This document shows positions 1 to 13,611 of a stretch of 64,000 nucleotides of DNA, piece after piece. Origin of the DNA: Octopus bimaculoides (Eukaryota); contig NC_068982.1 of the NCBI RefSeq assembly GCF_001194135.2, forward strand, positions 95,839,464-95,903,463, given 5' to 3'. The notes beneath the pieces are model-generated. The model worked only from the letters and a program-made list of their open reading frames with translations. It had not been told where the DNA came from and searched no databases. The position numbers and the translations under genes were made by a program. Each line of letters opens with the position of its first letter. Position 1 is the stretch's first letter.

Positions 1-66
<66 letters not shown>

Positions 67-2559
67 TTGTCCTCATGCCATCGCTTGACAACCAATGTTG
101 GTATGCTTATGTCCCCGTAACTTAACGGTTCGGTAAAAGACACCGACAGAATAAGTACGATGCTTGCAAAGAATAAGTCTTGGGATCCATTTCTTCGACT
201 AAAACCCTTCAAGGCGATACTCCAGCATGGCCGCAGTCAAATGATGGAAACAAAAGAAGAGATATATATAGGTAGGTAGGTAGGTAGGTAGGTAGGTAGG
301 TAAGTTGGTAGGCAGGTAGGTAAGCAGGTAGGTAGGTAGGTAGGTAGAGAGTTACACTGTGTGAGGAGTGAATTTGGTTTTGTGCCCTACCACAGCTTGA
401 CAACCACTGTTGGTTTGTTTATGTCCCCGTAAATGAGCGGTTTGGCAAAAGAGACCGACAGAATAAGTATCAGATTTAAGTACTGCCGTTAATTTATTCG
501 ACTAAACCCTTCAAGGTGATGCCCCAGCATGGCCGCAGTCAAATGACTGAATCAGGTAAAAGGAAGATATAAGTACATTTTACAATTGATCACTGAAATT
601 CTGCTTAAAATTTAAAGTGAAATGAAAATACTCCTAGCGATAACACAATTTTTTGTTTTTTTTTTTAATCAAAAACATACCTATTCCAAACACAGAAAGT
701 AACACTCAGATTTTTTTAAAATAAAAAACACACAATAAATTTCGTCCAAAGAAATGAAAACTTCGTGAGTAAATGTGGAAAGTGTTGTTCTTTGAGAAAG
801 AAAATTGTGACCAACTTTTGAAATAAAAACTAGCTTCAAGCCATACAAACCTCACCTCCCCCATCACCACTAACCAAGCTATTTACGAAATAAGTTTAAA
901 TTTTCGACAAACGTTTAAGAACAAAACTAAAACATTCAAAACGCAAAAATACCATGTGACAAAAGTCTTCTTTATTAGCCACTAAAGCCAATTACATTCA
1001 AAGCATTTGTAAATGTTAAAACTATGGGGTTTTGTAGAACAAACAAGTTATATGAAAATGAGGTGGTAGGTCAAGGACGTTAGACAAAGAAATGCGTTAA
1101 AATTTCGTGAGAAACAAAAGATAGCTATGTGGCTAAGAAGTTCACTTCGCATCACGTGGTTTCGGTTTCTATCCCACAGTGAAGCACCTTGAACAACAGT
1201 CTTTTACTATACCCATACCCCAACAAATGATTTGTTAGTGAATTTGGTTGACAGAAACAATGGGGAAACCTGTCGTATATATATGTGTGTGTCTATATTT
1301 GCATCACCACTCCAGTCGCTTGACAACCGGTATCGGTTTGTATACGTACTGGCAACTTAGCAACTCGGCAAAAAGGAGCGTGATAGAATAGGTATCAGAC
1401 TTAAAATAAATACTGGGATTGATTTGTTCGACTAAATTCTTTAAAGTTGTGCCCTAGTATGGCAGCAGTTCAATTACCGAAACAAGTAAAAGAATAACAA
1501 GACGTATAATAAATATGTAGCCACCGGACTACATCTCATTTTTGGTTATTTCGGCCGTAACAGCCTTCTTGTATCGGAACCCCATACTCACAGCGCACAT
1601 CCATATTGTGACTCAAATTTTGTACTTCAACCCGTCCTATGTTATTGAAGACAATCCTAAGGCAAATCATAAAAGAATATATACCACCAGAGTAGAAAAA
1701 AAGTTGTCCAGGTACCTTTAAGAAATACTGGGTATCTCCAAGAAATACCAAATCCCCCTAATCAAATGGGTCCCAAAATATAACCTGTGTCCCAAAATAT
1801 AACTTGTGTCCTAAAATATAACTTAACTAACTTTTGTAAGCGGTGCTATTACGTTTAGCATGGTTGGGGTTAATGTTGAACGAAGCATATCTAAGTTGCC
1901 TATTTGGTGCACAAATTAACCCCTACAGACTGTCTTCCTGAAAAAGTTGGTATTAATGCGGCTACCCTCTTTGATATTTAGCCGAAAATTGAGGATAGGC
2001 AAACAGATAGACAGAAACCGCATACATGGACCATTGTTACTGATCCATACATGTAATGGCAAATAAACTTGGCAGATGGTCCCATTTGTTGTCACAATAT
2101 TTGTTTACATATGTAGTCATCGGAATCGAAGTAGGTGTACCTCGTAATAATAGTCACCGACTGGTGAACTTCTGTGAGGCAGAAGCAGAGAAGATTGCAA
2201 TAAATGGTGTGATCGGTCACCAGGTTGATAACCAGAAAGGTAGACACAAAGACGTAGAGGGAAATTACGTCTGGACTAAAATGTTTTAATGTGGGAGATC
2301 AAGATCATTGAGTATACTGGAGATGTCGTTGGAGATATTTACATTTTTGGAGATAGTATGGAGAACAGAGTTAATCATTTTAAACAGGCGCCAGGATATT
2401 TTAAATACCAACTTACTGAGAAAACCTGTCTGAAGAGTTCATCTCTGCGCTCTACCAATCAGAGCCAAAGTTACCAACCTGCCGCATAAATAACAAATTC
2501 AGCGAAACGGAAATAGAACAAACAAAAAAGTGCTTGTGCATAACGATTACTTTTACTTC

Positions 2560-2942
2560 GTGGAGGGGCAATGGCCAGTGGTTAGGGCAGCGGACGCGCG
2601 GTCATAGGATCGCGGTTTCGATTCCAAGACCGGGCGTTGTGAGTGTTTATTGAGCGAAAACACCTAAAGCTCCACGAGGCTCCGGCGGGGAATGGTGGCG
2701 AACTCTGTTGTACACTTTCACCACAACTTTCTCTCACTCTTTCTTCCTGTTTCTGTTATACCTGTATTTCAAAGGGCTAGCCTTGTCACACTGTGTCACG
2801 CTGAATATCCCCGAGAACTATGTTAAGGGTACACGTGTCTGTAGAGTGCTCAACCACTTACACGTTAATTTCACGAGCAGGCTGTTTCGTTGATCGAATC
2901 AACTGGAACCCTCGACGTCGTAAGCGATGGAGTGCCAACAAC
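2560..2942 (+). mobile_element. tRNA-derived SINE family A, full length
   Basis: tRNA-like head with A/B-box-like motifs (GGCCAGTGGTTAGG, GGTTTCGATTCC), (CAA)n tail, 11-bp TSD ACTTTTACTTC (2549-2559 / 2943-2953). Confidence 0.9.
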
Positions 2943-3829
2943 ACTTTTACTTCACACCGATCAGTAACAATAACCGCAATTTTTTTTCTTAACCGTCACA
3001 CTTTCATTATACAACCTCTACTGCGATCCACCAGGTAATCCGTAAGGAGAAACAAGACATACAGCTGGCGCACTTTGAATGATCCGTGAGGTGTTTGTCT
3101 GGAAATCAGGATATACATTGCTAGAATACCAGTGCGCAAGCTAGCTATCTCATCAAGAATATGAACATGTTTGCGAGCACACGTGTACCACACAGCATGT
3201 AATAGATGTAGTAGACTTTACATCGAAAACTGCCATCTTAAACTCCAATCCGCATAAAATATCTTATTCTTCCGTTTAGAAACACCCACACAAAATATTA
3301 CGAGGACAATTCAAGCCACGAAACGGAATACTGAAAGTTTGAAGGTTAAGGAGGCTCTCTTTATGATGAATCCTTATATTAACAATAGAAAATAATTCTG
3401 CAACGCTATTTGAGTAATTTAACACTACATGTATTGCACCCCATCAATTCAGTCCAAGCCTGTAACGCCATTTTATCTTGATATGAGGTTTCGAATCTGA
3501 AATATCGAAGTTTACGATAAAATTGCAAACAGTTGCTTCTTCTGCTTTCATTCTTTCATTTCTAATTGCATTGTAATGGCTTTCTTTAAAATGGTGAATA
3601 GATGTGTGTATGTTTATGGGGGGGGGGGACAGAGACAGAGAGACAGACAAACAGAGAGACAGACAAACAGACAGAGACAGAGAAAACTGTTCCACAAAGT
3701 CACAAGACTGGAGACCGAAAATGAAGGAATGATAACAAAAGCAAAATACAAAGAACGATTTACACTTATACATTGCATTTCAACATTTCAGATAGTGTGC
3801 GTGGTGTTTTAAAGACACATTCGCACGCA

Positions 3830-3889
<60 letters not shown>

Positions 3890-4139
3890 ATGTACACATA
3901 CACATATATATTCATACACACACATATATATATATATATATATAAATATATATATATATAATGTGGGTGGGTGTATCTGTTTGTAACAGATTTCCAAGGA
4001 ATCGGCTACTCTTTGTATGATTAGAATGAGAATTAGATTACATTTCAATAGAGTAATGCGAAATCTGTGTTCTTGCCATATAGTTTCTGGTAGAAATAAC
4101 CTCTTACATTATCATCTACAGTATTTCCTTTTTCTTCTA

Positions 4140-4194
4140 CAACTTGTACAACTACAACTACTACTACTACTACTACTACCACTACTGCTGCTGC

Positions 4195-4241
<47 letters not shown>

Positions 4242-4262
4242 TTAATAGCAATAACAACTTAC
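4140..4262 (+). repeat. Compound trinucleotide microsatellite (CTA)n(CTG)n(AAT)n
   Basis: Directly visible. Other SSRs: (GT)n 1-65, (TAGG)n about 268-347, (TG)n 3833-3888, (TGCG)n 6345-6405, (GA)n 7760-7820, (TA)n 8362-8401, TA/TG mosaics 48930-49320 and 51299-51985. Confidence 0.95.
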
Positions 4263-4946
4263 TAATATTATTTATCATTTCCTCCTCCTCTTTTCGTTTC
4301 CGCCTCTGTCTTTCTCTCTTTATTTTCCCCGTCTGCTTTAACTCTTCCACCATATTCTCCTATGTCTCTTCCTTTCAGTCTTCTTTCCTTTTCCCTTCTT
4401 CATTCTCAACAGACTTGTAGTGAGAAAATTGTTTTCGTTTAACACGGTCAAACTTTAACGTAAATTCTTCTTGTCGATGTAAAATATATACATATATATA
4501 TATTGTGTGTGTGTGTTTGTGTGTGTGTGTGCGTGTGCGTGCGTACGTACATACCTTCATACATACATACTGCCTCAACAAAAACCTGGAAAAATTAGGG
4601 TTCTCAAAACCTGAAAGAAAAAAGCTGATTAGAAGACTACAGATTCAAGCCATCAATGGAACTGTAAAGATATGTAAAACTTTTCAAAAATTTAGCACAT
4701 AAATACATATGCATGTATCTAGACATGAAAATATATACATAAAAACGCATCCATAAAACAAACATACAAATCTGCGCATACACTAACACCAAATACTGCA
4801 CACACACACATATGCACAAATACCTAGATGATGTTGATAAAAGTTCCAATGAAGGAGCCTTGAATCTATGTTAGAGTCCGGCTCTTTCTCTATGGACAAG
4901 AAATACAGAAATGAAACTGATTGACATACATACATACATACATACG

Positions 4947-5575
4947 NNNNNNNNNNNNNNNNNNNNNNNNNNNNNNNNNNNNNNNNNNNNNNNNNNNNNN
5001 NNNNNNNNNNNNNNNNNNNNNNNNNNNNNNNNNNNNNNNNNNNNNNNNNNNNNNNNNNNNNNNNNNNNNNNNNNNNNNNNNNNNNNNNNNNNNNNNNNNN
5101 NNNNNNNNNNNNNNNNNNNNNNNNNNNNNNNNNNNNNNNNNNNNNNNNNNNNNNNNNNNNNNNNNNNNNNNNNNNNNNNNNNNNNNNNNNNNNNNNNNNN
5201 NNNNNNNNNNNNNNNNNNNNNNNNNNNNNNNNNNNNNNNNNNNNNNNNNNNNNNNNNNNNNNNNNNNNNNNNNNNNNNNNNNNNNNNNNNNNNNNNNNNN
5301 NNNNNNNNNNNNNNNNNNNNNNNNNNNNNNNNNNNNNNNNNNNNNNNNNNNNNNNNNNNNNNNNNNNNNNNNNNNNNNNNNNNNNNNNNNNNNNNNNNNN
5401 NNNNNNNNNNNNNNNNNNNNNNNNNNNNNNNNNNNNNNNNNNNNNNNNNNNNNNNNNNNNNNNNNNNNNNNNNNNNNNNNNNNNNNNNNNNNNNNNNNNN
5501 NNNNNNNNNNNNNNNNNNNNNNNNNNNNNNNNNNNNNNNNNNNNNNNNNNNNNNNNNNNNNNNNNNNNNNNNNNN
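4947..5575. other. Assembly gap (one of seven: 4947-5575, 6613-7038, 17996-18005, 30275-30790, 48504-48513, 49015-49119, 50704-51298)
   Basis: Runs of N. Confidence 1.
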
Positions 5576-6347
5576 TCATACATACATACTGCCTCAACAA
5601 AAACCTGGAAAAATTAGGGTTCTCAAAACCTGAAAGAAAAAAGCTGATTAGAAGACTACAGATTCAAGCCATCAATGGAACTGTAAAGATATGTAAAACT
5701 TTCCAAAAATTTAGCACATAAATACATATGCATGCATCTAGACATAAAAACGCATCCATAAAACAAACATACAAATCTGCGCATACACTAACACCAAATA
5801 CTGCACACACACACATATGCACAAATACCTAGATGATGTTGATAAAAGTTCCAATGAAGGAGCCTTGAATCTATGTTAGAGTCCGGCTCTTTCTCTATGG
5901 ACAAGAAATACAGAAATGAAACTGATTGACATACATACATACATACATACGTGCATGGATTACCGTCGGTTTTGACGACGGGGGTTCAACTGTTTGATAA
6001 AACAAATTTAAAAATTGCCTGTTCATTAAATTAGCATATGAAGTGACTGAGCATTCCAGACACATGTACCTTTAACGTAATTCTCTGGCAAAATCAACGA
6101 GACACAGTGACAAGGCTGTACCTTACAATTACATGTATAATGCAACCGAGAGGTTTCTGTAAAGTTTCTAGATAGAAAGCCCTCGGATGGATTATACTCA
6201 ATTTCACTTACAAGTTTTCGATAAAAATCTTCAGGCAATGATTAAAAAAAAAAAACATTGGCCCACGGTGCCATGCAGCAGGATAAAACCTGTGTACTTC
6301 ATGGCTGCGAAGCAAAACTTCCAAGCCATTCGGCCGCGCACGCGCGC

Positions 6348-6405
<58 letters not shown>

Positions 6406-7759
6406 TGTTTACTTCATAAGAATTTTGAATCTTTTTGAGACGTGAAATAAATCGTTTTTAATGATGGAAACCGAAGTAGATAAAGCTATAAATAAATATT
6501 GAGTACATCAGCTTCTAGTTGCATCGTTAAAAACGACTTATTTCATGTGTCTCAAAGTTTCTAAATTCTTACGATGTGAACCACGTACAATTCTTGCTAA
6601 AAACAGAGCTTCNNNNNNNNNNNNNNNNNNNNNNNNNNNNNNNNNNNNNNNNNNNNNNNNNNNNNNNNNNNNNNNNNNNNNNNNNNNNNNNNNNNNNNNN
6701 NNNNNNNNNNNNNNNNNNNNNNNNNNNNNNNNNNNNNNNNNNNNNNNNNNNNNNNNNNNNNNNNNNNNNNNNNNNNNNNNNNNNNNNNNNNNNNNNNNNN
6801 NNNNNNNNNNNNNNNNNNNNNNNNNNNNNNNNNNNNNNNNNNNNNNNNNNNNNNNNNNNNNNNNNNNNNNNNNNNNNNNNNNNNNNNNNNNNNNNNNNNN
6901 NNNNNNNNNNNNNNNNNNNNNNNNNNNNNNNNNNNNNNNNNNNNNNNNNNNNNNNNNNNNNNNNNNNNNNNNNNNNNNNNNNNNNNNNNNNNNNNNNNNN
7001 NNNNNNNNNNNNNNNNNNNNNNNNNNNNNNNNNNNNNNGACTGCGGCCATGCTGGAGCACCGCCTTTAGTTGAGTAAATCGACCCCAGGACTTATTCTTT
7101 GTAAGCCTAGTACTTACTCTATCGGTCTCTTTTGCCGAGCCGCTAAGTTACAGGGGACGTAAACACACCAGCATCGGTTGTCAAGCGATGTTGTGGGGAC
7201 AAACAGACACACAAACATACACATATATATATATACATATATACGACGGGCTTCTTTCAGTTTCCGTCTACCAAATCCACTCACAAGGCTTTGGTCGGCC
7301 CGAGGCTCTAGTAGAAGACACTTGCCCAAGGTGCCACGCAGTGGGACGTGCGCCCATTCACACACGGTGATTCAGAAGTCCCTTTAACACCAATATAACC
7401 CAGCTAACAACTGAGGTCCATTGAGGTCAAGTGAGCTTCTCAAAGTACGTCTTGTCTACATATCTCCTGTCCCTCACTTACCCATCAAACCTTCATATCA
7501 CAGCCTTCACCCACCTCCCAACCGCATTCTTCAAACGTCATCCTCGACCCCAGTTTCCCTGTTCATTGCTTCGACTCAGAGATTAATGGATAGCTGGCCT
7601 ACCGCCCTACTGTTCATACTGCCAGCTACTCGGACCACTTTGAACTAGGTATGCTCGAACAAGTTACCGGGATTACCTATATATTGGGCCATTTTAGGAC
7701 AATGAATATTCCCTCATCTTTTGATAAAAATATTTTTCTAATATGTGTATGGGGGGGTG

Positions 7760-7800
<41 letters not shown>

Positions 7801-8360
7801 GAGAGATAGAGAGAGAGAGAAAAGATATTCACTGCATGTTATTATTAACGGTGAATAGAAGCATTAAAAATATAATAAAAAAAAGTGACAAAATAGATAT
7901 ACAAAAAAATATACAAGGCTATTCAGAAATTTGTTTAGCATTTAAATAATCTATACAAATTTTCTTAATATACTTCCAAAACTGAAATGCATTCTTTTAG
8001 ACGTGGCTATTAAGTTGTGTGCGTGCTTGCGTGCATACGTACGAGCGTGGCTTGGTCAGTTATCATATTCAGTAGTTATTCATCAACTCAAAAATTTCAA
8101 ATTTTGTGCGCATAATACTGAAGACATGAAATTATCACGTTTTTGCATGCGAATTGGTTAATAGATCGTGTATTTTACTTATGACAATTGAATAGATTGT
8201 TGTGTGGTACATTTTCTAAATGTTTTTAGCACCCAAATCGTGATTACTAATCATATTTCCATGTCTTTATAAATATTTTTGCATTGTTATGCAGCTTTCC
8301 TACTCAACCATTCCAGTGATAGGGTGTGACATACAGTTACGATGCAAGCTCTTTCCCAAG

Positions 8361-8403
<43 letters not shown>

Positions 8404-8789
8404 GCAAGAGAGTTAGGGGTCGAGGATTCAACCCACTAAGGGATAGTATCTATCCAATATACTGCTGGGAGGGTACCCCATTATTGTTACACTAGTGTTA
8501 TACCAAGTGTAATAAGTGAGTGCGGGTCAAGGGGGTTATTTTACCCTAAATTTATATAGCAATATATATACACACACACACAAATGAGTGTGTGTGTACG
8601 AGCGCGCTTATGTTCATGTGTAAGGGGTGATGTATGTTAGCCTGTGTATATTATATGCGCTGGTAAGTGAATATCAATTATAATAATAATCCTTTCTACT
8701 AAAGGCACAAGGCCTGAAATTTGGGGGAGGGGTAAGTTGATTGCATCGACTCCAGTACTCAACTGGCACTTATTTCATCGATCCCGAAA

Positions 8790-9075
8790 CTCGCGGACGG
8801 AGGATCGCGGTTTCGATTCCCAGACCGGGCGTTGTGTGTGTTTATTGAGCGAAAACACCTAAAGCTCCACGAGGCTCTGGCAGGGGGTGGTGGTGACCCC
8901 TGTTGTACTCTTTCGCCCCAACTTTCTCTCACTCTTACTTTCTGTTTCTTGGGTTAAAGCTGCGATGGACTGGCATCCCGCCCAGCTGGGAAGGGAGAAC
9001 ACATACGCCATAGAAACCGGGAAACCGAGCCCATGAGCCTGGCTAGGCTTTAACAAAGGGTGCATAAATAAATAA
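8790..9075 (+). mobile_element. SINE with family-A 5' half and a different 3' half
   Basis: Matches family A to ...CTCTTACTTTCTGTTTC, then continues CTGCGATGGACTGGCATCCC...CATAGAAACCGGG...GGTGCATAAATAAATAA. Confidence 0.7.
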
Positions 9076-9513
9076 TATATATATATATATATATATCTTC
9101 TTCGGCCCACAAGGTGATCATCGATCAACGTACAATTAGCAGTATACCACTCAGTGGATATCGGACATGGGGCGTACTTATCGAGTGTCTCAGCCTCGTC
9201 TGCTAGCGCTGAGTATCATACCTTCAATTCTTTTGTAGTTGGTCTTTGTATGTTCGTTGTAAATGTTGTTACCCTCAGAGAGAATGCTCTACAATTATTT
9301 GATAAGTGACATCACTGCCAGTTGCTTATCACAAACAGTGAAATCGGTTACAGTGAGTGGGACACTAGCACTCCACTTCCTTTTTGGTGGAGCTGACCAC
9401 TTTTATTTGGATGGTGTTGATAGTCACCCTACCTTAGCATTCACTCTCGTTGTTAAGGTAAGGACAGCCCGAAGAGCGTTCTGAGAATAAACCACTAGAT
9501 CACAGTATTTTGG

Positions 9514-9945
9514 TGTATAGGAAAGTTGGTTATACATCATTAGATGTATACCTGACTTTCCTATATAAAATTAGAGAATATAACGGAACGCTGAACTCCA
9601 GACTATCAACTTAAACAACATTTATTCAGGTGGTAAATATATACATCTTTAGCTCTTGTTTGTTGTTACAGCTTCTGTGTGTGTGAGCATTGTTGTTGGG
9701 ACGTTTGGTATGTAGATGCAAGCGAGCTGTCGAGCGTAAGTTCGAAAGATGAAGAGAGACAGCTAAACACGTAAAGAGACTGTCTCCAGAGTTGGAATGT
9801 TGGAGACACTGCTTGACACGTCCATGCTCATGGCTGGCCGACCGAGAAAGAGATAGAATAGAAGCGGGAACGCTTGGTTGTTTAATTCCACGCATGCGTG
9901 AGACTACGCATGCGTGAGACTACGCATGCGCACGGCGTTACTACA
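9514..9945 (-). mobile_element. Solo-LTR candidate
   Basis: TGTA...TACA termini, minus-strand AATAAA near 9622, CpG-rich body and a 16-bp tandem (ACGCATGCGTGAGACT x2.5, about 9890-9932). TSD not unambiguous. Confidence 0.45.
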
Positions 9946-11329
9946 GGTGTAATACAACACCAACACTCGCTCTCTACAATATCTGACGGTTGCATGGGGC
10001 CTCTTGATGTTAGAAGGGTTGCCACTATCAGGCTGCTGCTAAGTTAACTATCGGTATGGAGAAGTCTGGTGGCACACATGAGAAACATATTAAAGAGCAC
10101 TGCAGCAAGCACAACCTCTGTCTCACCCTTGTACGTGCAAGTAATCCCTCGTTCTCTTGTCCTTCAGAGGTCATCCGAGCAGTTGAACATCCACACGGTA
10201 CTCTTTTTAACAGACACGGTGACTACACAGATGTTCCGATGTTGGTTAATAAAAGATTGTGATAACTTTTGGTAAGAACGGTCTCCAATTGAATAGTCTT
10301 GAACAAGATTCAAAAACTTTTCAAAAGTAAAGGAAAGGAGGTTTTCAATTTATCTAGACTGAAATTTGTGAAACTACAGTCATCTTGCCATAGGCTACAT
10401 CTGAAAAATCCTAATTAGAAATGCAATAATAGTGATGATAGTCGACGAAATTATTTGCGCCCTCCTCTTCACATATTCTACTTCGTTCTATTTCGCTTTC
10501 TTTATCTCTGTCTGCATCTACCTCTTGCTTTCATTTACTAAGTTCTTCGGTTAGCTAAGACATGCACGCACAAGCAATATATGTGTACAGAAAAGCCTGC
10601 GCGTATGAGTTTTTATATACTTTATTTCTTCTCTCTCTCACACACACACACAACACTTTCACCACATTTGCACTATACCGCCATTAGCTTCGTACTTCGT
10701 GAATAAGTCAAAAAGCGAATTCATGAACAAACGGATAATCAGTTTGCATTGCATGTCACTGATGTGAATAAAACGACAAATTTCGAAACAACGAATAAGC
10801 CTTTGCGAGGTCTCTTGGACTGTTAGAAATAGCATCTAAATTTCCTTCTTAAAAGATACATTGGATAATGTGGTTTTGAATTCCCTGCACATAGGGAAAA
10901 GAAAGGATGATCACAGCTGGAATGCATCCGTTCATAGATTTGCTCAATCAAGGTTGACCTGGGGTTAAACAACAACAAAAACAATGGTTTCTGATTTAGA
11001 TACAAGGCCAGCAATTTAGAAAGGGAAAGATCAGTTCATACTGCATGGACCCCGTACCTAAGCAGTACTTTATTTTATCGACACTGAAAGGATGAAAAGC
11101 AAAGTTCACTTTGGCGGGATTTGAATTCAGAACGAATGCTGCAAAGTAATTTATTCGAACTATTTTGCCAGCTCACCACCTTACATACAATAACTACAAC
11201 TACAGGATACTTTCTGTTCCGCATTCTCAAACTTAGTTACTCTCTATTTCTGCTAAGGGTAATGTTATTGAGCAATAAGAAATGTTGTTCAATTCAACAG
11301 ACCTTATTCAAGGACAATCACAAGTAGTG

Positions 11330-11500
11330 AATTCACCATTTCAGATGACGATTTCTGTTAGAGTTGCTAAAAGAGAAGACACATCCCTGCATCGTCTTTC
11401 ACATAGCGCACGAATACAAGCTGGATTAAACTGGAAACGTCGGCGGTCTCATAGCTGAATTTTGCTGGGCTTGAAATCAGATCTGCAACTTCAAAAAGGA
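11330..11500 (-). mobile_element. hAT (Buster/ZBED5-like) transposase relic
   Basis: Minus-strand translation VADLISSPAKFSYETADVSSLIQLVFVRYVKDD resembles the hAT motif FSLQLDETTDVSxxxQLxVFVRYV; stops follow. Confidence 0.6.
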
Positions 11501-13611
11501 ATTTAGTGAAATCAAAAATTGAATGGTGAGATGTTGCATCCACTTCACTATTATTTTTTATATGCAGAAGGCATTTCTAGATATTTTTTCCTTAATCATT
11601 TTGTGACACTAACCATTGGTTATCCATTCAAAGTCATCTAAAGTCTGGCTAGTAGTGGTTAGATTGTTTCATTGAAGAGGTCTAACAAGACCGAAAGATG
11701 TCTGGAGTTATAAATGCCAAGGATCACACTCGCTATATACTGCAGTCTCTAATTCAATTTTCAATTAGTTTAAATTCTGGAAATGGCTTCCTTACCTTTC
11801 TTGACATTTAAACATTATGCTAATAGTAATTTTTCCTCATAATGAGCGAAATTTTAATTAAAATGGGTTGGCCTTCAAACTTAAGTTTATAACTTCCACT
11901 TCAGTGCCTGCTTTGAAAGTGACGTTATTTGAGTTATTTCCCTTGGTTCAATGTTGTGCATTTGCTTAACGTTAAAAATGTTCGACGATACTTGTAGATA
12001 TCTGTCAAAGGCAAAGTGTTAACGTGTGCTTTTTGGTTGAAAGTTCATTTTCAGACAAGTAAAAAGATGTTTATAAATATCTTAGCTTTGAACCATGTAG
12101 AAATATTTTGATATTTGAGCGGTATAGATACAGAGCAAAATAGTTTCCTTCAACTGTGATTTAGATATTTTTAAAACTGTCTGTTTTGGGGAAACTGAAA
12201 AGCAGAATAATTTGCAATATCTTCCCACAAGTACGATAAATTAATTAATATAAAGGTATTCATTGTCTCATTACTGAAAGTTTAAAAACAATGAAAGACA
12301 ATGACATTTGACAGTAAATCTACTTGAACATTGCTTGCAGGAGCTAGAATAAAAATAACAAAAACAGAGGACAACATTCAGCTACTGTCTGTCAGTGAGT
12401 GTAGAAAGTTTCGTGACAGTTTATATCCGACTTAGGTATTACAATATTGATGAACAGCCTACAACCATTTCAAATGATATTCTGAAGTTGAAGCACGCTA
12501 AATTAGCCTTTGATGATAATTTTCTGTATTAACACCCGCACGATTTACACTAAGAAAAAAAAAATAGAAAGTTGGATTTTTTGCGTGCGATCAAGTACCC
12601 TGAACTCCAAATATGCCGCAAATCCCTTATTTTGATTCGGAAAAAAGGAGGGGCGAGTAGGGGGGACCCATCCCGGATTTAAACAGATTTAAACAGATTT
12701 ATTTGACAAACAGATTTAAAATATCGAAAATTTAACTCGTAAAGATTAGGTTAAGAACCTGGAAAAATATAATCTTATTAGCGACTATACATCCTTTAAC
12801 TTTTAAATAATTCATTTATTCTATCATATATTTTAAATTTCTACTGAAGACATCTTTACTGAAGTCACTAATGATATTTTAACTATTGCGATGAAGTTAT
12901 CCACAACTCACTGTTACCAATTAGCAATTTCAATACAAGCGAAACTTCCATGCAAAGATGCAGAGAATGTATGAATTTGTTTATCTCAAGTAAATCCCAG
13001 TATTATACGATAAACTTCTTGAAATTAGTTTCGTATGAAGAAATCACCTAAAAGATATCTTTTTGGTTCAATTGGCTGTTTCGATTAAATGTGATAGCAT
13101 CCATCATTATATTATTAATGTACCTCATGCTTCAAATTAAAAAGAAAAAGTTTTGTTATCAAGCAAAGTATCCAGTTCCAAACTTTCTAGATGCAAAATC
13201 TAGAGATGCAAGTAGTAACAATACTGAAAAGTAATGTATGTTGGCACTTCATCATGGCTGTTCCGTACGGAAGGACGTTAACACTATTTTTTAAGCCCAG
13301 GAGAACACCTTCTCCAGCTGTTTAACAGCACAACCTGTATCCCATATATTGCAAGCAGGGGAACGTACCCCTACCATATAGTGATTTGACAAGATCAGTA
13401 GACCAACCTGGTTTCAGGATATTTGCTCTTCCTCAATACTGGACACCTGTCCCTGGCAACAAACATTACTTTTCAGTTTTGTTTTGTGGACGTTGCTAGT
13501 GACCCTTCCAGATAGACTCTTCCAGATAGACAGGTAAGACTACCGTAATTCTCTCTCTGCTTTCGTCTTTTCCTCCTTCACATCACAAGCTTTTTCGGCT
13601 CAAAATAAAAA

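Noticed and set aside
2560-2650. tRNA-like sequences at SINE heads
   Set aside because: They continue directly into SINE bodies with TSDs and do not form complete cloverleaves; not tRNA genes.
3444-4702. ORFs rich in CV, HT, IY and poly-L/I/V (also 49415-50240, 51409-51956, 63132-63497)
   Set aside because: Translations of microsatellites with no protein signal.
4557-5951. About 390-bp tandem duplication (4557-4946 / 5576-5951)
   Set aside because: The copies sit on either side of an N-gap and differ only by a few SNPs and a small indel; most likely an uncollapsed haplotype or overlap artefact.
4783-7073. Long ORFs in the ORF track (also 30204-30887, 48769-49319, 50643-51528)
   Set aside because: They are open only because they run through N-gaps.
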